From the NCBI GenBank assembly GCA_051294375.1, contig CM119271.1, positions 1,296,721 through 1,360,720 on the forward strand: 64,000 nucleotides of DNA, in the 5' to 3' direction. The notes under the pieces were generated by a model, which saw nothing but the letters and a program-made list of their open reading frames with translations, was not told the DNA's origin and searched no databases. Below, piece by piece: positions 45,642-61,542 of the stretch. Position numbers and translations under genes: made by a program. This stretch comes from Paraspadella gotoi. Its lineage: Eukaryota > Animalia > Chaetognatha. The stretch's first letter is position 1; each line of letters starts with the position of its first letter.

Positions 45642-46833
45642 AAGGGACGCTAGGGGGAGCTACTTGACGTCGTTACCTTTGCTTTTGTCGAGCGAGATTA
45701 GGAGCGGAACGAGATTCCCCTTTACTTATGCGACGCTTTAATCGCTGCGAATTTACTTGATATACATTTCAATTTTCTGTTGTCATTGCGTCGCAAGATT
45801 ATGTTGCCTCACCGTTTCGAATTATATTTCGGGGGCTTTTTTTTTTTTTTGATTAGTCAACCATCAATTGTGATGTTTTCGATGTTAATTCCGAACCTTC
45901 GACTTGTGATAACCGTCCGACCGTTTACTCAGGGGGCGTTATTCGGAATGTTTTTATTCTAATTTATGATTTTTGAAATGTTGATTTATCATCAATGTTA
46001 CTAAAAAAGAAGATCCTTTGGTCTTTTTGCACAGTTTATTTCGGTGCAGTAGTTTAAATCACTCTCGTTCTACTTCGTTAGTTTTTTCTCTAAAGACACT
46101 TTTTTATTTTTTTTAATGAAAAAAAAAAATTTCAATCATATTTAGCTTTTTGTTGTTTTTAAACGAGATTGTGATTCCTTCTCAAATCGATTCCTCTTTC
46201 GGTGCTTTTATTTTGCTTCGGGGGGGGTTGCTCTCCTACGATCTCTCCATTAATCCTACTTCAGAATTCGCCCGTCCTCTCTCCAGTTCACAATTTTTTT
46301 TTTAAAGTTTTCACACTGTTGAATACTACTACATTGCTCACGATTTGTTTTTAATATTTGAAAATTTGGTGATGATTTAATTATGAAACAAAACTTCGCG
46401 CTTCATATAAATTATAACGTGGTTTCGTTTTTTTGTTTTTTTGTTTTGTTTTTTTTTTCAAATTCGCAATCGCGATTTCATTATTGCCCGACTAACACTG
46501 TCAGTTTCGGTGTTTATCTTAAAAAAAACAACGAATTTTGATTTTTTTTTTTCTCACTCGTAATGATTTTTGGTGGTATATATTAATTAATATTTATCGA
46601 CCCGTGAGATTATTGGTGTGGTTTATATTTGATCAATATAGATTTTATTCAAGTTGGTACTTAAAATGTTTAATCGTGCAATTAAAAGTTTGTTATTTTT
46701 CGATTTTTTCAGTTCAATAAAAACAAACAGGAAAAAAATTACAAAAAATACTTAATCAATACGCAATGAATGCTTGACATTCTCCTTCTTGTCCTACAAT
46801 TCGCCCTTCAAGACATCCTCGACCGAATCCGAG

Positions 46834-47325
46834 TTTTTTTTGTTTTTTTTTTCGAAAAGAAAACAGAGCAAACAAATAATTGCGGGAATGGTTGCAAAAA
46901 TATCTTAGGTTAACAATAAACGAGAACAAAAAAGGGGAAGATAAAAAAGGAAAAAGAAGAAGAGATCGGGAGACAAAGTCAAGCAACTCCGTCCACATGA
47001 GACGGCAACTCAATCACGGGACTTCGGGAAGCGAGCAGGTCCCCGTTCTCGCGCTGAAGGCAGACAAAGTCTCTCAAAAAAGTGCTTAGACGTTTTGCCG
47101 ATATCTAAGCCTGCATTCGTTGCTTGGAGTTTGGCGAAGTCTTTTAAGTTTGAGAAAGCATCCAGGTCCCATGCCCCGAAGGTAGTAACAACCAGAGCCA
47201 ACGTCGGCCGGCAGTTTGCCTTCGTACTTAGCATGTTTGGCCTGGCGAGCTCGTTCCAGGGCATATGTGGGGTTGAGGATGGTATGACCAAAACAGTCCT
47301 GGCGAAGGGGAGAGTTGGTTCCTAG
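46834..47325 (-). mobile_element. 5'-truncated RLE-type (CRE-like) non-LTR retrotransposon fragment
   Basis: The minus strand, across frameshifts, gives SPLRQ...YALERARQAKHAKYEGKL / LVVTTFGAW.LDAFSNLKDFAKLQA...HFFERL / LQRENG. This matches the K..KY, P.VVE.FG.W and RL...LQR.N pattern at the C-terminus of restriction-like endonucleases. A pyrimidine-rich 3' UTR and an A-rich tail (46834-46852) follow. Confidence 0.65.
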
Positions 47326-47605
47326 AATTCGACAAATGATAAAGAAAGAGGATCCTAATTTTTATTCCCGCGAAAAATAAAGATGAAGGATTTTCGACAC
47401 TCAGATATAAAATAAAAAAACGGAAGGATTCAGATTTTTAATTTTAAGACGAGTCTGGTTAGGCGAGCAAAGTAAAAAACCAAACTTTGTCGCAAATTAC
47501 GTTTTTGTTAATGTTATAAAATTGGTATTGTCATTCGTTGGTTGGAACCGTTTTTATTTTCATCAGATTATCAGAAACTCTCTTGTTCTCTTTGACATTT
47601 CCGCC

Positions 47606-48108
47606 ATGATCGAAATCACCTGCAACGATCGTCTGGGGAAGAAGATCCGGGTCAAGTGCATGCCTGAAGTAAGAGGGGTGGAAGAAGGCAAATCTTTTGC
47701 GTCTTCTTTATAAAATAAATGTACATAAATCAATGTAATTTTTTAAAAAAACTTGTTAATATTATTTACAGACTCATTAAAAACATTACATTACCTGCTA
47801 TGTCATTATCTTGTAAGAGTGATGGAGGCCTTAAACCACCAAAGCCTGTCCAAAGTCAGGGGCAAGATAGCTTATTTATTAAATGAATGGATAATTTTTA
47901 TATTGGTTGTACCAATTTCATAGAAATTATATTCCCATTTCAATCGCAGGACACTGTGGGCGACCTGAAAAAGATGATCGCCGCTCAGACGGGAACTAGA
48001 TCGGACAAGATCGTCCTCAAAAAGTGGTACACCATCTTCAAAGATCACATCCAACTGCAAGACTACGAAATACACGATGGAATGAACTTGGAATTGTATT
48101 ATCAATAA
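47606..48108 (+). CDS. UBL5: Ubiquitin-like protein 5 (Hub1), 2 exons
   Basis: [21 protein letters not shown] | [52 protein letters not shown]; exons 47606-47668 and 47950-48108. Confidence 0.97.
47793..47922 (+). repeat. Repeat family 2 fragment in the UBL5 intron
   Basis: Nearly identical to 30696-30810. Confidence 0.8.
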
Positions 48109-48465
48109 ACACGAGCTGTCGTTTTATTGTACCTCTGTGACCCCCGCTTTTCATCTCTCCCCGGCGCCCAACCATTTATTTTTACGAATTCTTTTATATT
48201 TGATTCCTGAATTTATCTTTCTCGTCTGCCATTATTTCTTTTAAAGATTACTATGCGCTCGACTTACCAGTGAGGTTCATCTTAGCCGTTTTTCTCGAGC
48301 TCCATGGACTAATTTTTGTTATTTACCCGAACATTGCCGAAAACGTTTTGCAATCTCGTTTGGAGAATTTTTTCCCCCGAAATTTCGAAATACATATATG
48401 AAGTTGTATGTCAAGCCAAGAAGACCAACCGCTATAAACTAAAATTTAAAAATAAAGCTTTCGTA

Positions 48466-50526
<2,061 letters not shown>

Positions 50527-52858
50527 TTACCTTTGTCATTCCTCCTATCGAAACTTCGAGAAAAAAAAACCAACATTTTGGTAAGTCGTTTTAGAACTTT
50601 TTCTTTCTTTTGTTTCGTGTTTGTCTCGTTCGTTTTGGTTCATTGGTAATTGAAGAATGGGATAAGTTAGTATCGAAATTGTTTAATCTTTAAACGTTAA
50701 GCTTCTTATTCTCTCTCCTTCCCCCTTCTCCCCTTTTTTTGCCCTTTCTTTTCTATACAGGGAGACACACAAACCACGAGGACTACGACAACGGGCTCTC
50801 CGACAAAAAACACTTGAAAGATGATAAACTGATGGAATTCTCTACCCACGTCCCTTTCTCTATCTCCCAAGGTCCCACCCCCCGTTTCTCGCTCTTTAAA
50901 TCGTCCCGCCGCCAATAAAATGCGTATCCTGTGACACGGGCTGCATAACGTTTTCACAAAAATAAACTAAGCTCCGACCCTATTTGATTATAAACAAAAT
51001 GTAAACTAATAACAATTATAAATGTTAAGGACTTTTTTCACCTATGAACCCTCTCCCAAAGCCGTCTCCTTAATTTGTGTTGTTTTGCGCGACATTAGTC
51101 GCCGAGCGAATACCTTTTTTTTTCATCGCTTTTTTAGTCTATAAATAAATATTAATTGTGTTTGCCAGTACAATCGCATTAAGTCATGTCTCGTCTTTTC
51201 AGTCGTTTCGTCGCTCGACGCGTTGTTGTTTTTTATTGTTTTTTTTCCTTTTTTTTAATTTTTTGCTAAATGTTTTTGTTACACGTGTTTTTTTTAAAAA
51301 AATGATTGTTGGGGCGAACAAGTTTCCGGTCTTGGTCCCCAAAAAAAGTGTTACCATTTGATTACGAATTAACATTGATATATAATTGTTTTTTATTATC
51401 CAAGCTTCTTTCTTTCGGTTTTTAGTCGATTTTTGCAATCAATTCTTTTTTCTAAATTTAAAACACTTTTATGTTGTCTCTTAAACTTACTGCTTGCGTT
51501 CCCCAATTTTTTAAAACTTTCTTAAAGCGGGAAACTAGTCAAAAAAATGAAAGGGGGGGGGGAAAGCTTCTTTCTCGATCCCCCATCCCCAGTTCTTTAT
51601 CTCCCGAAAGGATGTCAGTTGAGTTTGATGCACTTTTTTTTCTTTGAGTTTCTTCGTTGATTTCACAGCTTTTTTTTATCTTCTTTTCGGGATTAACTTT
51701 AATTTTTTCTATTTGAGCTAGGATTATATATATATATCAACAAATCCTAAAGTTATTTATTTACAGTGAATTCTATGAAGTTTCTGTTATATATCTTTAG
51801 GCTTATCCTTTTCTTCGACACTCCCCCCTCCTTGTTTCTGGGCCAGGTCCAAAATTCTTCTTAAAAAGTCACGCTAAATAGGATTTACAATCCGTTTCTC
51901 AATTATATAGAATAATAGTCGCGTAAAATAAAGTAGAGAGCTCTTCGGCGTTCAAATCGTTTGTCGCCTTCTCTTGTCCAAAATGTTCCCAATTAACTTT
52001 GTTGAAATACTTGACAGTTCATTCCACCGTCTTCGTCCCGCGGCCCTCCTCCCCTCCTCCCCCATTTTTTCCCTCCATTATCCGTCATATAAGATTTAGC
52101 TCCCCAACTATGGGCTTTTTAGATAGTTATACGTCCATTTTCTCCTCTCCCTCCCCTATCCCCATTTATCAAGGCCTCTTATTATGTTTTTATTATTTTA
52201 AATTCCGCTTCCAATCCAGGAATTTTGTTTCCGATGGGAAAAAAATTATTCTCGATTAAAATCGTAAACACGCTGACCATAAACTTTAAAAGTTAAGCAG
52301 AAAAAAATTAATTTCCTTGATTGTAAGCACCTTTAATCACTTATACGGTTAGATTATCTGCGATCATCTCTCTCGTCATTACGTTTTGCTATTTGCAATT
52401 ATACTTACTCAAATTTTTGTGTATTCATGTGTTACCAGTTAAGCAAAAAAAAAAATTGGTTCAGTGGAATTTAAAACGTTCGAGGATTCGAAAAAGACCA
52501 ATTATATAATCTTATTGAAAGCACAATATACAAATATACATATCTAGATATATTCAATGGCTTTTTTGCGTTTTTTAATGTTACCGTAATTAGAAGGGTA
52601 GAGCGTCAGTCGTTCCATTCGCCTTGAGAAGTATTTTCGGCGAAACCTTTGACGTTGCGATTAAATGATTCTTGTCAAGTTTTTATTCTCGTAGGATTTT
52701 CTATATTTTCCCATCGAAATCCCAACGCTACTGAGCCTCTTATAATCATACATTACCAATGTTGACTCTCTCTCTCTCCCCTTTCCATTGTACATCTCAG
52801 TTATGAGTCAAAAAGCGGAAAACAAAAGCGGCGGAAGATAAGAACTCGGGTATCATAA

Positions 52859-53552
52859 ATGAGAATGTGGGCGCGATTGAGGACGCCGCTCCGACGGAAC
52901 GGAAAGGCGGCGGCGACGACGACGACGCCGGCAGAGTTAGAGCGTCAAAGTCTCGTCGACGACGCCTTTCGAAATCGGGCTGACGTGCGGAGGCGAGTGA
53001 AAATCGTTGGACGAAACTAAAAAGATTGTTGTTATAGTAACTGTAGTTAACGGGATTAGATTTAATTTTCGCAGCCGTTTTAGTGAAGCATCCATTTTGT
53101 AGAAACAACTACGACCAGCTCAATCATAACGGTCAGATATTAGACTAAACTCTCCACAAACGGATCCAAAGCTCCCTTTTCTTTTAAAAACATAAAAACC
53201 CCAAACAAAGCAAATATTTATTTATTTTTCTATTTCTACCCCAAAGCTACGGCAGCGTCACTTCCCGTCCCGCCCCCAATTCGAAATCGGTCGATCAGAC
53301 CGGGACGACTTGGTACGTCTCCGTGTTTTTGGTCGTCAACGCGGCTCTCGGTGCGGGTCTGCTTAATTTCCCTCACGCCTTCCACGCTGCCGGTGAGTGC
53401 AAAATGTCTGGACATTCGACACCATTTTTTTAATACGATTGTTTAGCGGTCTAAACAACAACCACAACAACAACAACAAAAAAAAAGAAAAATAACGAAC
53501 TCATAACCTTTGAAGCAATGATCAAGAATCTCTCTCTGTCTCTCTCTCTCTG

Positions 53553-53583
<31 letters not shown>

Positions 53584-55777
53584 TTCTCTCTCTCACATAG
53601 ATACACCCCATTTCGTTTTAACCATTGATACCTGTCCCAAAAATGTCAATACCACATTAACCCTAATTTACAAGTTACGTGGTAATACGACAACTTTACA
53701 CCCTAACCTCAAGGCGGCGTGGCGTCGGCGTTGACCGTCCAATCGATGCTCCTCGTCGTCGCCTGCTCCACCCTCATAATCCTCGCCTATTGCGCGGACG
53801 CTCACAACTCGCCCACCTATCAAGACGTCATTCACTCTTGCCTCGGCGACCGATTCCATTTACTCTGCTCCGCCATCATTTCCGGTTATTGCTTCGGTTC
53901 TTGCATCACGTTTCTTATCATCATCGGTAAGATCTATCGGGTGGGGAGCGTTGATCGGGATATTTTCAATAATAAAGACAGAACTCGCTTAACTGATGAG
54001 CGGGGTATTCTGTACATAACCTTCTCTCTTCCTTCTACTCATTGATGCGTAAAAAAAAACAATTACAATTAATTTAAATACATAACCAATGTTTTATTAA
54101 ACAAGTTACAAATGAGAAATGTTGACAGTTCCAAATTCCAAGGATCCTTCAAAAATTTTGAGTCAACTTCCTTTCTCTCTTCCTTTCTCATTTCCCAGGC
54201 GATCAGTGGGATCAATTTTTCTACAGTTCCAATCCTCTTTTCTGTCGAGTCTTCTACACCAACCGTCCGTTCACCGTCAGCGTCACCTCGATCCTCTTCA
54301 TCCTCCCGCTCTGCTATCCGCGTCGCATCGATTTTCTTAAATACGTTAGCGCCGCGGGCGTGGCGACCATCGTTTACGTGGTGGCGCTCTCCGCGTGGAA
54401 GTACTGGTCGGGCGAGTACGCGGGCCGGGCCGGGGAGTTGAAAACGGCCCCGACCGCGTGGTCCGACGTTTTCCTGGTGGCGCCGACTATATTCTTCGGG
54501 TATCAGTGCCACATCAGCTCCGTTCCCATCTACCACTGTCTCCGCTCCAGATCGACGACCAACTTCTTGAAGACGGCGCTCTCGGCGCTGGGAATCTGCA
54601 TGGCCTCGTACTCTGTCGTCGCCGTTTATGGATACTGGACCTTCGGCGGGTGAGAGGAAGAAATAAGAAAAGTTAGTATTGAGAGATTGATCGTTTTCTT
54701 CTTTTTGTAGCGACGTTTCTGACGACATTTTAGAAAACTACAACCCAGACGATCCTTTCGTATTGTCAGCCATGATCGCCATCGCCGCAAAAACCTACAC
54801 TACCTACCCGCTGCTGCTTTTCTGCGGCCGCACAGGTGAGGGATCAAAGGACAGATAGGTCAAGCTCGTGTAACTCTCTCAGTGTTAGAATGCTCGCCTG
54901 CCACGCGGGTGACCCGGGTTCGTCATTGAGGCACGTACTATAAAGTAAACATAATAGTAAAAAGAACCAAATAAATGTCTATGAAAAATCCATTAGTATG
55001 AATTCGTGAATCGATGATAAACGGAGGCCGATGATCCTGAAGGAGAGAAGGCATGAGCGTAACCGTAACACTAGGTCAATCTATCCGTTGGCACTTATTC
55101 TCCTAATCTTTTCATCTTAGGAGTTGATTCTTTGTGGATCCGGTTTCGTGGTCTGTCAGACTCCGAGGCGGAACTCGGCGAATGTAGGCGACGCCTGGTC
55201 ATCGCTTCTCTTTGGTTCTTTTCGTCCGTCGTGGCGGCCATTTTTATTCCGGGTCAGGAAATCAAGCCATTAATAATAAAGGTAATCAATTTATTTTATT
55301 TGTAAATTTTACTCACCAGGCATAGACATCGTGATATCATTTCTCGGCGCCTTCGCCGCCATCTTCATCGTCATCTTCCCTGGTTTGTGTCTCGTCAAAG
55401 TCGCCTCCGACAAACTCTTCGACGTCCCTAGCGTCTCCATCGAAGAAACGGACGAGTTTTTGACGCCCACGGTTTTGGCGCCGCAGTCGCCGATCCCGCT
55501 CATTTTGGGGTCTGGTCTTCTAACGCCGCCGGTCACACCCAATTTTACGTCTTCTTTTACGACGCCGACCGGGTCATCGCCATTGCTAACGCCGCCTTTA
55601 TCGCCGCCTCTTTCGCCGCCACCCGTTAGCGGCGGTGGCATTTCAAATCGCGTCTTTTTAAAGGCGCTCGTCGTCTTCGGCGTTTTTCTCGTCGTTCTCG
55701 GCGTTTTTTTCTTCGGCATCATCTTTGCTCAAAGTTGCACGAGGAGAATCTCTAAACAGCCTTTATGCGTGTCATAG
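52859..55777 (+). CDS. SLC38A7: Sodium-coupled neutral amino acid transporter 7-like
   Basis: VFLVVNAALGAGLLNFPHAF, PTIFFGYQCHISSVPIY, YGYWTFG, TYTTYPLLLFCGR, GAFAAIFIVIFPGLCL. The first intron appears to be GC-AG (52993-53246). The start codon is uncertain (52859 or 52865). Confidence 0.9.
53528..53595. repeat. (CT)n microsatellite in an intron
   Basis: Direct reading. Confidence 0.9.
54878..54922 (+). pseudogene. tRNA-Gly(GCC) fragment / SINE-like head in an SLC38A7 intron
   Basis: tcagtgttagaatgctcgcctGCCacgcgggtgacccgggttcg closely follows metazoan tRNA-Gly(GCC) but lacks the 3' T-stem strand and the acceptor stem. Confidence 0.7.
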
Positions 55778-56649
55778 ATATTATTTTTGATGTTTTCGTG
55801 TGAGATTTACACATAATACCTCTAAGTACTAAAATGGCCTGTATGCTAGGTGACGGATATTTGGGCTTGGATGTTTTCGAGTGAGATTTACAGAAAACAC
55901 AGGTGCCACAAGTGCCTTAGGATTTTTTTCTATGTGGGTTCTATCTTTTTTTGTTCCGAGTGCTAGCCGTTGGTTGACAAGTATTTTTTACCTCAATTTT
56001 TATCTCATCCTTTACGGATTTTTATTTTTCACTTGCTGTTTTTACGTTTGGAGCACGGGTGATTTCGCCTTTAGGTTATTTAAATTATTTTGTATCGAGT
56101 AGCACTCTCGGGTTTAAGTATTCACCACATCATATTTTAGCATTGTGTTTAACTGTTCAATGATTGTTCATCCTCTACAATTATTGCGTGCGAGATTTAC
56201 TCGTACCCTAGATAGCTTTAATGGCTTAGTTTTGTAGATTTTAATTTTTACAACCAAGATACCTCTGCGCCAACGGATTTTAGAGTCTCATTCGTAACAA
56301 CTTTTATATTAAACATGCTACATAATCATTCGGATCTGACCCACTCAGACATAGGTCAACAGCTTTTTACTTATTTTTCTTGGGTGTTTTTTGCTGTCGA
56401 TTAATTTCCGCAGCCTAATTTTTTACGTTTGTGCTATTCGGCCTACTTTTTAATTATTCGATTTTACCAAGACAGTTTTGAGATATTGCTCTTGCCCATT
56501 AATTTAAGTTGAACGTTTAAACGCTCTTTTCTTTAGTTGTCTTGGATTAGTATTTAGTTTCTTTTCCCCGGGCAAAACTACGTGTGGCGCGGTCCACATA
56601 CAGCTTCGGCATGTGGGGCACGTCGTGAAAAAAAACAAAAGACAAAACA

Positions 56650-58009
56650 ATGCGGCGCGTGACTTTGATCCCCAACGGCTCAATCGCCGACGGCCGCGCC
56701 ATCTCCCTCCCCGCCTCGTCGAGCCTCAACGACCTCCTCGACCGCGCCGGCGTCAAACTCGGCGTGGACGCCGTCAAACTCTTCACCCGAAGCGGAGGCC
56801 TTGTCGACGACGTCGATCTCGTCCGCGACGACGACATCCTCTTCGTCAGCGCGGGCGAAGCCTTCGAGGGTCGTGGAAGGGAAGAAGGGAGGTTGGGGCG
56901 TTCGGAGGAGGAAACCACTCGAGGGACTGGAGAGATTTCTTCTCGGCGCTGGTCGCGGGAAGGTCTCTCCGCCGAGGTTCGATTGCCGAGCGACTGGATC
57001 ACCATCAACGTGGGTGGGAAATGTTTTACCACTACTCGGAGCACGCTCGTGCGTAAGGAGCCGGACAGCATGTTGGCCAAGATGTTCGCCGAAGGTGACA
57101 CTTTTCATGTTAACTTTTTTTTTATCAACCTTAACACTTTATCCTGACCTCATCACTTATTTTGATTCCGTCCTTACCTTTCTAGATGAGGCCCAAGACC
57201 CCCTCTGGAAGAGCAGCCGCGATTCGACGGGCGCATTCCTCATCGATCGTTCGCCCGTCCACTTCGAGCCTCTTCTCAACTTCCTCCGCCACGGCCAACT
57301 CGTTCTCGACAAAAACGTCAATCCCCAGGGGGTGTTGGAGGAGGCTCGGTTTTTCGGCCTCACTTCCCTCGTCGATGCCTTGGAGGAGGCGGTTCGCGCC
57401 GATTCGGAACCGGCCGACGACGGGCCTTTCCGGCGCCGAGACGTCGTCCGGGCGATCATGGTCACCTCCACCGTTTCCGAGCTTAGATTTCAGGGCGTCA
57501 ACTTGACCGGGATTGACCTCTCCCGTCTTGACCTTCGCCACGTCAACTTTCGGCTGGCGCGACTTGCCGGCGCCGATCTCCGCGGCGCCAACCTTTCCCA
57601 CGCCAATCTCGACCGCGCCGAGCTGACCAAAGCCAACCTTGACGGGGCCACACTCTTTGGCGCTAAAATGGTCTGCGCTTCCTTCGAAGGCGCTTCCCTC
57701 AAGGGCTGCAATTTCGAGGACCCTGCCGGATCGCGGACCAACATGGAAGGGGCCAACCTCAAGGGGGTCAACCTAGAAGGCAGCGCCATGGCCAACGTCA
57801 ACCTGCGCGTGGCCAATCTGCGCAACGCCAACCTGCAAAACTGTGACCTGAGATCGGCGGTGCTGGCGGGCGCCGACCTGGAAAATTGCGTGCTGAGCGG
57901 GTGTGACCTGCAAGAGGCCAACCTGAGAGGGGCTAACCTCACGGACGTCGCCTTCGATCTGATCCTCACGCCTCTTCACTGCTCGCAGTTCAATAACATA
58001 AGCCTTTAA
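56650..58009 (+). CDS. KCTD9: BTB/POZ and pentapeptide-repeat protein KCTD9 (2 exons)
   Basis: MRRVTL KHA domain (GGLVDDVDLVRDDDILFVS), BTB (DWITINVGG, GAFLIDRSPVHFEPLLNFLRHGQL) and pentapeptide repeats; exons 56650-57094 and 57186-58009. Confidence 0.95.
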
Positions 58010-58216
58010 ACCCCCTCGTCCTCCGATCCACATTCCGAGCTGGCTTTTTATTCTGATGATTCAATTCCGTATTAACTAGATTTTTTCTCTTTTAGTCTGT
58101 TATATTCCATCGTTGAGGTCGTTTATATTGCGTTTTTTTATTATTGTGTTCCTCGACGTTAGTTTTAATATTGTTTCTTTTTTTTTTTCAACCAGTCTTT
58201 AAAAAAAAATAGACAC

Positions 58217-59021
58217 ATGTCCGAAAACGCCGCCGCCGGTCCCCGCGCCTCCAAGAAAACTTCTCCCTCTTCCGCCGTCCCCTCGAAACAGTCGGCCGAC
58301 GCCGCGGGTTCCGAGAGCAAAGTAGTGACTCTTCCTCTCTCCCGCGTTAAGACGATCATGAAGTCTTCGCCCGACGTCTCCAACATCTCGCAAGAGTCGC
58401 TCTTCCTCGTCGCCAAAGCCGCCGAACTCTTCGTCGACCACCTGACCCTCAAGGCGTTGGAACGATCGCCCGACAAGACCAACGTCGAGTACAGGGCCCT
58501 GGCCGACTTCGTCAATGGCGAGGACACCATGCAATTCTTGCAGGTGGTGGAGGGGCAAGGTCGTGCCAAACGAGATGTTGAATTACGAGATGTTTTATTA
58601 CTTGAATCGAAATTTTTTGGAAAACTTTTGTGAAACATTGATACTACAGAACACTATAAATCGGGGGAGGGGAAAGGAATAGAATGAAACTGATAGGAGA
58701 CTGAAACTTAATGTATTCAAATTTGTCTACAATAATATGCTAATTACATTAAAGACAATTCGGTTATGATATTAAACCTACAAAAGCCAGAAACTGAAAA
58801 TAATGGGAATTCCGAATTGGAAATGCAAAGATTTAAATATAATTATCTTTCTCTCCCTGGCACCCGCTCAGGACATCATCCCTCACAAAATCAAGTTTGG
58901 GGATTATCTCAAGCTGATGGAAGGCGACAGCGATTGCGAGGTCATCTCAAGTTCGAGCGACGACAGCGACAACGACGACGATTCTGACGACGACGTCATC
59001 CCCGTCACCAAAGACTCATGA
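58217..59021 (+). CDS. CHRAC1: Chromatin accessibility complex protein 1 (histone fold), 2 exons
   Basis: LPLSRVKTIMKSSPDVSNISQESLFLVAKAAELFV...MQFLQ | DIIPHKI plus an acidic tail; exons 58217-58543 and 58872-59021. Confidence 0.9.
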
Positions 59022-59329
59022 CGAAGACCTGCCATTGCACTCGTTTATTTTTTGTTATTATTGTTATATTAAACTTTATTTTCGTTCTTTTATAACTTAT
59101 CGATTCTCACCAATTTCTCTTTCGTTTTTGCCATTTCTATACCAGTTTAAAAAAAAAAAAAAAACTTATCGGATTACAAAGCAAAAAAGAAAAAAGAAAA
59201 ACCAAACAAACGAAGTCTCTCTGTCACGATCGTTTGAGTTCGTGACGAAAATGCTGACTCGACCTTTGTAGCCAGTTTTTGTTGTTTTTTTTCCGCCGCT
59301 TGAAAACCAGGATCTAAGAGAGAGAAAAA

Positions 59330-61542
59330 ATGGAATCGGCCGAGGTATCACATAATAATAATGATGATAATAATGATAAGAGATCCATGTTGTTTGGGAG
59401 TTAATAAAATGGACTGTGTGAGAGTTTTGCTTGGAGTGTCCTACAAGGTTGTTATCTTGTGAGTGTTGTGGAGGTCAAAGTGAGGGTAAATTGAATAATT
59501 GGATAATTATTAGGTTGTAGTGATTGTACAATTTTATTTTCTTTATCTTCTTTTCCTTTTCCCTCTTCCTCTCTCTCTCTCCTCATCTCTTTCTCTCTCT
59601 CCCCCTTTCTCCTTCCTCACAGAGCCTCCGAGACTATTGGTTCTTCCGCCTAGCTTTTAATCTTCTCTGCTACTCCTCGGTGGCCGTCCCCTTCGCCCTC
59701 CTCTACTATCTCGCCAAGAAAAGGAATCTCATCGAGATACTGGGCCCCTCATCCTCCGCCGGCCTGCTCATCGAACGACTCATTTATGGGGTGCGAAACG
59801 GTTTACAGGACATTGAAGCCGGTACCTCTCTCTCGCCGATCAAAGGTATAGGGAGAAGCCAACGTTTGAGATGGTGCATTTTATTATCAGTTTCTTCGTT
59901 ATGGTGTTGCAAATTTCAAATTTCAAAATCCAGCCTCCACAGTCGATGAGCCGGAAAACTTTCTCCGCCAAGCCCTCTCTCTCTTGTTCTGCTTCGCCGG
60001 GCTGCAAGTGGCCTTCTTGACTTGGGGCGTTCTTCAGGAGCGCATCATGACCATCCCCTACGGTCAAGACGCTGGGGCGACGACGACGAGCGGGGAAAAG
60101 TTCAAAAACTCTCAGTTCCTCGTCTTCATGAACCGCGTGGCGGCGTTTATTGTTGCCGGGGCGACGCTGCTGTTCCGGAAACACCCCCGTCACGTCGCTC
60201 CCTTTTACAAATATTCTTTTTCCTCTTTTTCCAACGTCATGTCCTCGTGGTGCCAGTACGAGGCGCTAAAGTTCGTCTCCTTTCCTACTCAGGTCATCGC
60301 CAAGTCCACGAAAGTCATTCCCGGTGAGATTTTTGGAAAGAAGCTTTGATAAGACGAATCATCAATCGCATTATTTAACATTGTTTTGTTACGTTTCAGT
60401 GATGGTGATGGGGAAATTCGTTTCGGGAAAAACTTACCAGTTTTTCGAATACCTCACCGCCGGGATGATCAGCGCTGGCGTGACCATTTTCCTCCTCAGT
60501 AACGGCGATCATTCCGCTAAAACAACCGTCACCACTTTTTCCGGTGATTGATTTTTATTGATTTGATTATCGCCTTTCAATACTCAAAAATGCTTTGTTT
60601 CACAATTCGCAGGCCTTATTTTGCTAATCGGTTACATTCTTTTCGATTCGTTCACGTCCAACTGGCAAGGGGAGCTTTTCTCCTCTTACAGAATGTCCTC
60701 TTTTCAAATGATGTTCGGGGTTAACTTCTTTTCCATCATCTTCTGCGGTGTGTCCCTTATCGAGCAAGGAGGTATTTGGGAGAATTCGTTTTTTTGACTT
60801 GGAAACGTGCTAAATGCTACCCCATTGACCCCATCTTTTCACTTGGATACGTGCCAAATGCTACCCCATTGACCCCATCTTTTCACTTGGATACATGCCG
60901 AATGCTACCCCAATGACCCAATCTTTTCAAGGCTTTTTGGATAGCGTCTATTTCATGATGCGACATCCGACTTTCGCCCACCACGTGCTCTTTCTCTCAG
61001 CCTGCGGAGCAACCGGCCAGCTTTTCATCTTTCACACTATCTCCGCCTTTGGTCCAGTCACTTTCACCATAATCATGACAATTCGTCAAGGTGAGTCTTT
61101 CCAATCGTTACAATCCGCCAAAGTCAAGGTCAGTTTTAAATGGTTAATTCATCAGTCATGTTTCTTCACAATTGTAGTCGTAGCTTTTCGCGAAAAACTT
61201 TTTTTTTATTCCTAAATTCCTCAATGACGAACATATTTTAACGAAGGCTAATTGGCGAAAATTAAAATGAAATGACTTATTTATGCAAGTAATGTCACTG
61301 ATCTTAATCTTATTCGCTCTTGAATGAAAGACCATTTTCATAATATTGCAAATATCTGTACAAATTTGTTAGGTTTGTCAATTTTGCTGTCGTGCCTCAT
61401 TTACAACCATCCAATGACGGTTGGAGGATCTCTGGGCATGCTCTTGGTCTTCTGCGCCATCTTCCTGCGCATCTACGCCAACCGGAGACTCAAATCTGCT
61501 CAGTCGAAGAAGAAAGAGAGTTCTCGATCGGAGAACGCCTGA
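59330..61542 (+). CDS. SLC35B2: PAPS transporter 1 (slalom)
   Basis: [89 protein letters not shown]. First exon MESAE at 59330-59344. Confidence 0.95.
60807..60929. repeat. 44-bp tandem repeat (~2.8 copies) in an SLC35B2 intron
   Basis: gtgc.aaatgctaccccattgaccccatcttttcacttggatac repeated up to the 3' splice site. Confidence 0.9.

Noticed and set aside
53972-54012. Another hammerhead (CTGATGAG)
   Set aside because: No GAAA core or stems follow; it is a simple hairpin.
57157-58638. Minus-strand ORFs over KCTD9 and CHRAC1 (and similar ones over LRPPRC, CHMP7, lectin, InR)
   Set aside because: Antisense shadows of GC-rich coding exons with no recognisable domains.
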